Below are positions 8,840-16,248 of a stretch of 47,020 nt of DNA, piece after piece; positions within the stretch are counted from its first letter, which is position 1; each line of letters opens with the position of its first letter. The translations under genes were made by a program, and so were the position numbers. The DNA is taken from contig DATBCS010000035.1 of NCBI GenBank assembly GCA_036270315.1, positions 1 through 47,020 on the forward strand, read 5' to 3'. The notes below the pieces were generated by a model that was not told the origin of the DNA, made no database searches, and saw only the letters and a program-made list of their open reading frames with translations. Source of the stretch: Gemmatimonadales bacterium (GTDB lineage: Bacteria > Gemmatimonadota > Gemmatimonadetes > Gemmatimonadales > GWC2-71-9).

Positions 8840-9106
8840 ATGTCGTTGCTAAAGATCCAGCGTACGGCGGGTCGAACGGTCGTGTTCACCGTCAGCGGGT
8901 GCCTCGACACGGACAACGTGGACGAGCTCTGCCAATTGATTGATGCAGAACCGGTCGGTGCCGTTGTCACTCTCGACCTAACTGACTTGGTTTTGGCGGA
9001 TCGTGACGCGGTGCGCTTACTGCGCGACCGCGAAAGCGATGCGCGCGTCCTGCTTCGAAACTGTCCCGCATACATCCGTGCTTGGATGGCCTCCCAGGAA
9101 GACTGA
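8840..9106 (+). CDS. STAS-domain protein (anti-sigma-factor-antagonist-like)
   Basis: Track ORF 8771..9106 trimmed to ATG 8840. MSLLKIQRTAGRTVVFTVSGCLDTDNVDELCQLID...VTLDLTDLVLADRDAVRLL has the layout of a small STAS/SpoIIAA-like protein. Confidence 0.65.
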   Translation: MSLLKIQRTAGRTVVFTVSGCLDTDNVDELCQLIDAEPVGAVVTLDLTDLVLADRDAVRLLRDRESDARVLLRNCPAYIRAWMASQED

Positions 9107-9243
9107 CGAACCCTGGCACTAAACGCCCCCTGCCAACCGAGGCGGTTCTCGCGTTAAGCAGCGATTGTCCAGGAGATGGTCCGTTGGCACCGCTTGTGAG
9201 GCGTCGACCCCCGCTTCAATCGCTCGCGCGGGCTCCTCTGAAC

Positions 9244-9347
9244 TGTCCAGCCGTTCGCCACTGACGGTATCTCGCCAGCGCGGCAGCCCCGGAAATCGCT
9301 TTCGATGCAAGAACTTGGAGCATGACGGTCATTGGCACCTTCGTTGC
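9244..9347 (+). promoter_or_regulatory. sigma-54 promoter module D upstream of the DoxX gene
   Basis: Plus strand: TGGCACCTTCGTTGC at 9333-9347, a near-perfect consensus, 146 nt upstream of ATG 9493. Array TGTCCA(9244-9249)-gccgt-TCGCCA(9255-9260)-ctgacggtatc-TCGCCA(9272-9277). Gap to TGG is 55 nt. An extra GATTGTCCAG 10-mer, identical to that in A and B, lies at 9163-9172. Confidence 0.7.
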
Positions 9348-9492
9348 TACTACGGCGGGTAACTCCCTCGAGGGGCCCAACACCGGTGCGTTGGAAACCC
9401 CGCAAACGCTCCAGGCGAGCGTTGCGCGACGAGGGACGACGGCGGGCGTGGATTTGAAGACATAGCCATCCAATTAAGAGCGGAGACTAATC

Positions 9493-9906
9493 ATGTCGTT
9501 CCCACAATCAGTCACCAAAACATCCCCAGTCCTGCGCGGTCGTGCCGCGCGCATCACTCTCTGGGTTATCCAAATTGCGCTCGCCGGAATGTTCCTTATG
9601 GCCGGCGGCTCCAAGCTCTTCGGCGCCAAGGATATGGTTGTGCTGTTCGATCAGGTCGGCGTCGGCCAGTGGTTTCGCTACGTCACGGGGTTGATCGAAG
9701 CTGGTGCGGCGCTTGCCCTGTTCGTCCCTTCGTTGGCGGTGTTCGGTGCACTGGCACTCGTCGCGACGATGTTGTGTGCGGTCGTGGCGCAGATCTTCAT
9801 CATTCATCAGTCCCCTGTACCGCCAGCGATCTTGCTACTCGCCGCCGCAGCCGTCGTCTGGGCCCGTCGGGATGAGCTTCTCCGCCGCCAGCCGACGGTG
9901 CGCTAA
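9493..9906 (+). CDS. DoxX-family inner-membrane protein
   Basis: 137 aa with four predicted TM segments. GMFLMAGGSKLFG, WFRYVTGLIEAGAALAL and the overall size are typical of DoxX. Confidence 0.8.
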   Translation: MSFPQSVTKTSPVLRGRAARITLWVIQIALAGMFLMAGGSKLFGAKDMVVLFDQVGVGQWFRYVTGLIEAGAALALFVPSLAVFGALALVATMLCAVVAQIFIIHQSPVPPAILLLAAAAVVWARRDELLRRQPTVR

Positions 9907-9920
9907 ACACCCCAACCCGC

Positions 9921-10361
9921 GTGCCCCGTCCACCCATGAGCTCATGGCGACGTCGATCAGTCTGGTTCAGCCGGTTCGTTTTAGGCGGAGCGACCCTAAT
10001 GATGGCCCGCCTCGGCACAGGGAACGTCCTTGACCCCATCGGGGATGCGAGCAAGCGCAACATGACCCTCACCTCACCAGATGCGATTACGGTCATGCGC
10101 GTCCAGGGCGGCCTCGTCGTGGGCTTCGCGGCAATTCTGGCCTTCTGCGTGGTGTCCGAGCGACGACTGCTTGCCGGTCTGGGGGTCCTCGCAACGATCA
10201 GCGCCGCGATTGCCGGAACCCGGGTTTTGGGCTTGGCACTCGATGGCCCCGGGACGTTCACGCTGATGGTTGTGAAACCGGAAGTCATTCTCGCGGTCTT
10301 GTCGACGCTCGCTCTTTTCTTGGAATGGCGAAGGTCTCGGGCTGGCGCGCGTCAGCTTTGA
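9921..10361 (+). CDS. hypothetical membrane protein (about four hydrophobic segments)
   Basis: ORF starts 15 nt after the DoxX stop. Hydrophobic stretches include VQGGLVVGFAAILAFCVV, LAGLGVLATISAAIAG and VILAVLSTLALFL. The start is ambiguous (GTG 9921 or ATG 9936). Confidence 0.5.
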   Translation: MPRPPMSSWRRRSVWFSRFVLGGATLMMARLGTGNVLDPIGDASKRNMTLTSPDAITVMRVQGGLVVGFAAILAFCVVSERRLLAGLGVLATISAAIAGTRVLGLALDGPGTFTLMVVKPEVILAVLSTLALFLEWRRSRAGARQL

Positions 10362-10398
10362 ATGCGGCGAGCTCCCTTCCGCGCCTGCGCCTCAAGGA

Positions 10399-10452
10399 AG
10401 TGTTACTGATGGGCCTGAGTGGAGTTGAACCACTGACCTCACGCTTATCAGG
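10399..10452 (-). repeat. 54-bp direct repeat copy 1: orphan 3-prime part of tRNA-Ile (anticodon loop to 3-prime end) plus 11 nt of flank; att-like
   Basis: agtgttactgatgggcctgagtggagttgaaccactgacctcacgcttatcagg is identical, base for base, to 12796-12849. The tRNA 5-prime half is absent here. Confidence 0.9.
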
Positions 10453-10460
10453 ACTCCGAC

Positions 10461-10577
10461 GCACGCCAACCAGCGCCAGCCAGCGCCAACCAGCGCCAGT
10501 TTTTCGCGGCATCCGCCAATGGGCGCAAACCAGCGCCAACCAGCGCCAACTAGAGTTGGCACCACATTGGCACCACA
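10461..10577. repeat. helically phased decamer repeats (two blocks of CAGCGCCAAC-like units) followed by two inverted-sense 11-mers
   Basis: 10461-10500: gcacgccaac cagcgccagc cagcgccaac cagcgccagt. 10511-10550: atccgccaat gggcgcaaac cagcgccaac cagcgccaac. 10556-10577: ttggcaccaca ttggcaccaca. No credible ORF covers them. Confidence 0.85.
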
Positions 10578-10742
10578 GCCTCTGTCGCGACAGCGACACG
10601 AGGGTGCGGAGAGATTTTCAACCTCGCGGCGCCGACCTACTGTGGCAGAGGCTGGTACTTATCCAACCAGCTCAGGATTTCTTGGATCAGCCTACCTATC
10701 TTGCCGGACACCTTGTGTTACCTATCTCCCCGGCTGCTCAGC

Positions 10743-11312
10743 TTATGTAATCATGTGAAGGTCGCAACGACGAACCTTCCAGATCGGCCCTTCGCGCGCA
10801 ACCCGACATTTGTGCGTTGTCGCGAAGCCGAGATACCGCGTCCACGACGTGTCACCCTGTTGAGAACGGCTTCCCTGCCCTACAAAAATGACGACTGCGG
10901 TGTCACCGAGAGGAATTGGTCGTGAGAGCCGAAGCTCGCCGCCCGCAGAGTCAGCCTGGCACCTAGGCACTTCGTTGCTTGAGTCAAGGGGCGCGCAGAC
11001 CTCAGTCACAATTTCATGACTTAGGAGGTAAGCGACAACCGTATCTGGAAGGCGACCGGAAGCTTCATAAGTGGCCGAATCAGACATCAGGTGGCGCTCG
11101 AGCGCGAGCCGGTGACGGTAGCGCAGCAACCCGGGTGCGCTTAACGCAGCGGCGTAGGCGGGTACGGGGTCGACAACAGTCGCGCGCTGCTCCAGACGGC
11201 AGTCCGCCGCGGCGATTGTGAGAAGGACGGGGAGGCCGTAGCGCCAAGTAGCGCGCGAGTTACGAATGCACATCGGACTGGCTCTCGGGTGGGGCCCGAC
11301 AAAATGGTACAC
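10743..11312 (-). CDS. hypothetical protein
   Basis: ORF only; lower-GC segment; no recognisable motifs. The track start is a GTG; an internal ATG at 11273 gives MCIRNSRATWRYGLPVLLTIAAADC... Confidence 0.3.
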   Translation of the reverse strand: MYHFVGPHPRASPMCIRNSRATWRYGLPVLLTIAAADCRLEQRATVVDPVPAYAAALSAPGLLRYRHRLALERHLMSDSATYEASGRLPDTVVAYLLSHEIVTEVCAPLDSSNEVPRCQADSAGGELRLSRPIPLGDTAVVIFVGQGSRSQQGDTSWTRYLGFATTHKCRVAREGPIWKVRRCDLHMIT

Positions 11313-11529
11313 TAGATGGATGGCGAGGGGGTTTCAGGTGCCTTTCGTTAGTGTGACAACCGAATGCCAAGAAGAGTGACTGCCTCTAACACATCGCGCT
11401 CAAGCTGCTGCGAATGCCCGACAGCTTCAAGCCCATGTTCGGCGCTCGTATTCATCGTGGGCGGCGTGGTGGCGGCGCTGGGGCCAGAGCAGCGTGGCGT
11501 GGCGTTCGGACGCGGGCCGTGAGCCCCCG

Positions 11530-12519
11530 CTAGAAGCCGATACGTACCAGATGCGCGCCGGCGCCGAGGACACGATACAGGCCGCCGCGGACCGTCGCGG
11601 GGGCGTTCACGAAGTCGCGCAGGATAGCGAGCTCCTCGCTCGTGAAAAACAGTCGTCCGTCTGCGGGAGTGATCGTGGGCTGACCACCGTCCGGTATGAG
11701 GATCCCGCCTACCTTCGCCAACGGCACATCGTCAACGGTTACGGTCTCGTCCCACGACCTGCCCGTGTTGAACCGGCCGGTGCTCCCTTTCAGCTCCGCG
11801 ATCGAGCCGGCGTGGCTGGCCGTGAGATCCAGGCCGTCTGAATAGGTATCCACGCCCATCATGGCCGAATAGTGCAGCACTTCGTGATAGTCCGCTGCCG
11901 AATCGTCGAGCTGCACCGTGGAGACCGTCGTGTTGACCCCTGAGCCCGGACTACCGCTCACCTCAAAGACCAAGCGCTGCTGCCCGTCGCTCACGAAGCC
12001 ACTCGCACTCGTTACCGCCGGCGGATCTCCGACCGCGTGCGTGATGGTGTAGTCGACCACCGGTTGGCCCCCGCCCCCGCTCTCACGCACGGTGCCATGC
12101 ACCGCTGTCGTGCCGGTCGTGCTCGCGTCGAACAGATCCAGCTGTCCGATGGCCGTAGCGGGACACGGGATCGAACCCGCCGGAGCAAGCTCGTACAGCA
12201 GGAACCGGACTCCGGTCGCGGGGGCGCCCGAGTCGTTCGTCACGGCATAGCGCTGGGTAGTGCAACTCCCCGCCATCGTCTTCCCGAGTAACGAGTCTGG
12301 TACGAGGGGCGCGCCTGCCGCGGGCGGGGGTAATGGCACGACCAGTGGAAAGTACCCGAGGGAGCGAACGATCGGTGACGTGAAGATGGTATCGACCAGG
12401 GTGAGCTCGGCGCCGAGGTCGCTCAGATCGGTGAGCGGGCCCGTCGAGCTGTCGCAACCGGCGGCGGTGAGCGCGACCGCCCCGGCGCTGATGACGCGGA
12501 TCACCCCTGGGACGCGCAT
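11530..12519 (-). CDS. putative lipoprotein, function unknown
   Basis: MRVPGVIRVISAGAVALTAAGCDSS carries a lipobox (LTAAGC). The frame has high third-position GC, GAGG lies 6 nt upstream of ATG 12519, and the protein ends in ...HLVRIGF. Confidence 0.7.
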   Translation of the reverse strand: MRVPGVIRVISAGAVALTAAGCDSSTGPLTDLSDLGAELTLVDTIFTSPIVRSLGYFPLVVPLPPPAAGAPLVPDSLLGKTMAGSCTTQRYAVTNDSGAPATGVRFLLYELAPAGSIPCPATAIGQLDLFDASTTGTTAVHGTVRESGGGGQPVVDYTITHAVGDPPAVTSASGFVSDGQQRLVFEVSGSPGSGVNTTVSTVQLDDSAADYHEVLHYSAMMGVDTYSDGLDLTASHAGSIAELKGSTGRFNTGRSWDETVTVDDVPLAKVGGILIPDGGQPTITPADGRLFFTSEELAILRDFVNAPATVRGGLYRVLGAGAHLVRIGF

Positions 12520-12751
12520 TGCAACCTCACGGTTCGAACCCTACCTACAATACCCTGCGTCTCCAGGGCGACGTCACACTACCGAATCGCTAAGGTAGGG
12601 CCCAGCGCAGGGACAGCATGGTCGAGAGGTACCGCCACTGGGCGATGGTCGCGGCCTCGGTCGCTAACCCTGAGTCCGAGTTTAGACGTGAACAAGGCAA
12701 ATCGTGACGCCAGTCGGGGGCGCCTGTCGGCTCCGCTGACGTATTGCTCAT

Positions 12752-12795
12752 CAAAAAGCATAAAGCCAAGCAGCATGTAATGTACTGCTTGGCTT
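12752..12795 (-). terminator. intrinsic terminator downstream of tRNA-Ile
   Basis: On the minus strand, an 11-bp perfect stem AAGCCAAGCAG / CTGCTTGGCTT (12795-12785 and 12773-12763) with an 11-nt loop, followed by TATGCTTTTTG. Confidence 0.6.
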
Positions 12796-12880
<85 letters not shown>

Positions 12881-12887
12881 TACCGCG

Positions 12888-13136
12888 TCACTCCCACTCC
12901 CGCTTCGGCCCCTTGCGCGGCCGAAACTCGTCGTCCTCTTCGTCATCAAATTCGTCGTCCAGATCGTCGTACTCGTCGAGGTCGTCCAGATCCTCCTCGT
13001 CCAGCTCGTCCTCCTCCAGCTCGTCGTCGAAGTCCTCGTCCAGGTCCTTGTCCTCTTCGAAGTCTTCGAACTCCTCTTCGTCGAGACTGTCGCTGCGACG
13101 CTTGAGAGACCAATCCGACGTCTCACGGGACAACAT
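12888..13136 (-). CDS. small, extremely acidic protein (over half Asp/Glu by eye) with a short basic C-terminal tail
   Basis: MLSRETSDWSLKRRSDSLDEEEFEDFEEDKDLDEDFDDELEEDELDEEDLDDLDEYDDLDDEFDDEEDDEFRPRKGPKREWE. GAC/GAG/CTG codon preference matches the GC3 bias. A G-rich SD lies about 8 nt before ATG 13136 (track start is GTG 13142). Same strand as typA and the tRNA. Confidence 0.55.
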   Translation of the reverse strand: MLSRETSDWSLKRRSDSLDEEEFEDFEEDKDLDEDFDDELEEDELDEEDLDDLDEYDDLDDEFDDEEDDEFRPRKGPKREWE

Positions 13137-13194
13137 TGTCACCCCCGGCTAGGGTTGTGGTTGACGGTGAACGAGCTTCCGGTTCCGCCCCCTG

Positions 13195-15042
13195 TTAAGA
13201 CTCTTCAGCCGCCCGCGCGTTACGGGCGAGCTTGCGACGCTCGGTGGCGCCCAGGGCTCGCTTACGGAGCCTGATGGACGATGGCGTCACCTCGATCAGT
13301 TCGTCGTCCTCAATGTACTCGAGCGCGAGTTCCAACGTCACGAACCGCGGCGGCTCCAGGGCGATCATCTCGTCTGACGCCGTTGTCCGCATGTTCGTGA
13401 GCTTCTTCTCCTTCGAGGGGTTGACGTCCATGTCCCCCGTCCGGGCGTTCTCCCCCACGATCATCCCCTCGTACACCGCATCCCCCGGCTTCACGAACAT
13501 CGTGCCGCGCTCCTGCAGGTTGAACAGCGCAAAGCCCACGGCCACGCCTTGCCGGTCGGCCACGAGGACCCCCCGGCTCCGCCCGGAAAGCGGCCCCGCC
13601 CAGGGGCCATAATTGAAGAAGCGGTGATGCATGATCCCGGTCCCCCGGGTATCCGTCAAGAACTCCGAGCGGTAGCCGAGCAGCCCCCGGGCCGGGATCT
13701 TGAAGCGCATTCGCACCATCCCCACGCCCGGATTCCGCATGTCGAGGAGCTCCGCCCGCCGGGGACCCAGCTTCTCCATCACCACCCCGACATACCCTTC
13801 GGGGCAATCGATCATCAGCTCCTCGTACGGCTCGAGGCGTTCCCCGTGCGGCCCCTCCCGGGGAATGATGCGGGGGCGGCTCACCTGGAACTCAAAGCCC
13901 TCGCGCCGCATCGTCTCCATCAGGATGCCGAGGTGCAGCTCCCCCCGTCCCGAGACCGTGAACGTCTGAGGGTCGTCGGTCTCCTCGACGCGTAGCGCGA
14001 CGTTGCGCTCGAGCTCCCGGAACAGGCGTTCGCGCAACTGCCGACCCGTGACGAACTTGCCCTCGCGTCCCGCGAACGGCGAGTCGTTCACCTTACAGTC
14101 GACCGAAATCGTCGGCTCCTCGACCGCGATCCCCGCGAGCCGTTCGAGGTAGTCGGGCGCCGTCACGGTCTTCCCGATCTCGACCCCCGCCAGGCCGGCG
14201 AGCGCCACGATCTCCCCGGCCGACGCCTCCTCCAGCTCCACCCGCTCGAGGCCCTCGAACCCGAACAGTTTCACCACGCGCGCCTGCTCATAGGGGCTGT
14301 CCCCGATCGGACCCGGCTCCCCGAGAGGCAGGAGCGCCACGGTCTCCCCCACCCGTACCCGGCCGCGTTCAATGCGGCCGATGGCGATGCGTCCCAGGTA
14401 CGACGAGTAGTCGAGCGTCGAGACCAGCATCTGAAACGGCCCGTCGCCGTCCGCCCGGGGAGGCGGGATGGTGTCGAGAATCGTTTGGAACAGGGGCTTC
14501 AGGTCCGTCCCGGGCGTCTTGAGATCGAAGGTCGCCGTTCCCGCGCGGCTCGACGTATAGAGGAAGGGGCAGTTGAACTGCTCCGGCGTCGCCTCGAGGT
14601 CGAGGAACAGCTGGAGCACCTCGTCGTGGACGCGGAGCGGCTCCGCGTCCTGACGGTCGATCTTGTTCACAAGGACGATCGGCTTCAAGCCCAGCGCCAG
14701 CGCCTTCCCCGCCACGAACCGGGTCTGCGGCATCGGCCCTTCGGCGGCATCGACCAGCAGCAAGAACCCGTCCACCATCCGGAGAATGCGCTCCACCTCG
14801 CCGCCGAAATCGGCGTGCCCCGGCGTATCGACGATGTTGATCTTGGTGTCACCCCAGCGCACCGCCGTGTTCTTGGAGAGGATGGTGATGCCGCGCTCGC
14901 GCTCCAGCGGGTTCGAGTCCAGCACCCGCTCGGTGAGCCGCTCGTTGGCGCGAAATACGCCCGCCTGGCGGAGCATCTGGTCCACCAGCGTGGTCTTCCC
15001 GTGGTCCACGTGGGCGATGATGGCGATGTTGCGGATCTGCAA
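13195..15042 (-). CDS. typA: translational GTPase TypA/BipA
   Basis: [36 protein letters not shown] and the EF-G-like domain order match TypA/BipA. The start is uncertain: TTG 15042 gives the family-typical MQIRNIAII, whereas the track start TTG 15108 adds 22 aa. Confidence 0.9.
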   Translation of the reverse strand: MQIRNIAIIAHVDHGKTTLVDQMLRQAGVFRANERLTERVLDSNPLERERGITILSKNTAVRWGDTKINIVDTPGHADFGGEVERILRMVDGFLLLVDAAEGPMPQTRFVAGKALALGLKPIVLVNKIDRQDAEPLRVHDEVLQLFLDLEATPEQFNCPFLYTSSRAGTATFDLKTPGTDLKPLFQTILDTIPPPRADGDGPFQMLVSTLDYSSYLGRIAIGRIERGRVRVGETVALLPLGEPGPIGDSPYEQARVVKLFGFEGLERVELEEASAGEIVALAGLAGVEIGKTVTAPDYLERLAGIAVEEPTISVDCKVNDSPFAGREGKFVTGRQLRERLFRELERNVALRVEETDDPQTFTVSGRGELHLGILMETMRREGFEFQVSRPRIIPREGPHGERLEPYEELMIDCPEGYVGVVMEKLGPRRAELLDMRNPGVGMVRMRFKIPARGLLGYRSEFLTDTRGTGIMHHRFFNYGPWAGPLSGRSRGVLVADRQGVAVGFALFNLQERGTMFVKPGDAVYEGMIVGENARTGDMDVNPSKEKKLTNMRTTASDEMIALEPPRFVTLELALEYIEDDELIEVTPSSIRLRKRALGATERRKLARNARAAEES

Positions 15043-15134
15043 GGGGCTACGTCCTGACGGTGCCGGAATCGAGGGGCGCAGTATAGGGAGGTGGGTCGGA
15101 AAACACAAGCCGGGACGTCACATCCCTGCCCCGC

Positions 15135-16031
15135 CTAGTCACACGTCTGGTCCCGCTCCATCTGCACGGTGACATGCGCGATCCCCATGTTCCCGAGCCG
15201 CTCTTGCACGGCCTCCAGGACGCGCTGGTTCTCACCGGGGTTCTGGACCAAGAGGTGACCGCTCATCGCGATCACTCCGCTCGTCACCGTCCACACGTGC
15301 AGGTCGTGCACGGACGCGACCCCGGGGATCGAGGCGATGCGATCGTGCACACGGTCGAGGGGGATGTGGGCCGGCGCCGCCTCGAGCAAGATGTCCGCGC
15401 TCTCCTTCACCAGCCGCCACGCGCTGCCCAGGATCAGGACCGAGATCAGGACCGAGATCACGGCGTCCGCCCGCATCCAGCCGGTCGCCAGGATGATCGC
15501 TCCGGCGGCGAGGGCCCCGATGGAACCGAGGAGGTCGCTCACGATGTGGAGATAGGCGCCCCGCTGGTTGAGCGAGTGGTCGTGCCCCCGGTGGAGGATC
15601 GCTGCACCGACCGCGTTCGCGGCCAGGCCGATCGCCGCCACGACCACGAGCACGGTCCCCTGCACCTCCTGGGGCGCGCGGACCCGGTGGTAGGCCTCGA
15701 GCGCGACCCCCAGCGCGATCGCGATCAGGGCCGCGCCGTTCACCAGGGCGGCGAGAATCTCGAGGCGCAACAGGCCGAACGTCCGCTCCGGCGTCACCGG
15801 CCGCTGCGCCCAGTGGGCGACGGCGAGCGACAGGCCGATCGCCGCCACGTCCGCGAGCATGTGCCCCGCATCGGCGAGCAGCGCCAGGGAGTGGGCGACC
15901 CAGCCACCGATGGCCTCCGCCACGAGCACCGCCGCCGTGATGGCGAGCACCGTCTGCAGCCGCCGCCGGCTCTCGAGGCGCAGCGGCGCGCGGTGGGTGC
16001 ACTGGACTTCCAGGGGAAGCGTCGCGCTCAT
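15135..16031 (-). CDS. cation diffusion facilitator (CzcD/ZitB-like divalent metal efflux)
   Basis: [16 protein letters not shown] (TM2 HxxxD) and HIVSDLLGS (TM5 HxxxD) are present, with six TM segments and a C-terminal cytoplasmic domain. ATG 16031; GTG 16034 is an alternative. Confidence 0.88.
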   Translation of the reverse strand: MSATLPLEVQCTHRAPLRLESRRRLQTVLAITAAVLVAEAIGGWVAHSLALLADAGHMLADVAAIGLSLAVAHWAQRPVTPERTFGLLRLEILAALVNGAALIAIALGVALEAYHRVRAPQEVQGTVLVVVAAIGLAANAVGAAILHRGHDHSLNQRGAYLHIVSDLLGSIGALAAGAIILATGWMRADAVISVLISVLILGSAWRLVKESADILLEAAPAHIPLDRVHDRIASIPGVASVHDLHVWTVTSGVIAMSGHLLVQNPGENQRVLEAVQERLGNMGIAHVTVQMERDQTCD

Positions 16032-16248
16032 CACTCCGGGAACTCCTTCGCCCCGATCGGTCTTACCGGACGCACAGCGGTGCCGCCGCGTAGGCCGTCA
16101 TCGAGAGGTGCCACAGGTAGATCTGCCTCCTGCAACGACGAAACATAGGACGCGGCTCCGGGCGGGGGCAACACGGACGACGGCCGGCCGCCCGGCCGCG
16201 GCGGACGGCGCTTGAAGTCGAGGTCGCAGGGGGTATGTTCCGGCCCCT

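Noticed and set aside
9186-9200. TGGCACCGCTTGTGA in the STAS-DoxX intergenic region, another -24-like TGGCAC.
   Set aside because: There is no GC dinucleotide at the -12 position. The properly spaced promoter D lies 147 nt downstream.
10557-10571. Plus-strand TGGCACCACATTGGC with GG and GC at sigma-54 spacing.
   Set aside because: It is simply the junction of the two TTGGCACCACA 11-mers. It has no upstream array and no credible plus-strand ORF downstream. It is better explained as part of the repeat block.
12520-12600. GGTTCGAACC and flanking stems, which looked like a tRNA T-arm or tRNA-like relic next to the real tRNA-Ile.
   Set aside because: I could not build a cloverleaf on either strand. 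The 5 bp flanking a 7-nt T-loop are not complementary, the putative anticodon hairpin has a 6-nt loop, and no acceptor stem forms.
12913-13152. Plus-strand poly-Ser ORF (79 aa) opposite the acidic ORF.
   Set aside because: It is the complement of the GAC/GAG-rich frame. It lacks an SD sequence and runs against the direction of all neighbours (typA, tRNA). The acidic frame has host-like codon choice and an SD.
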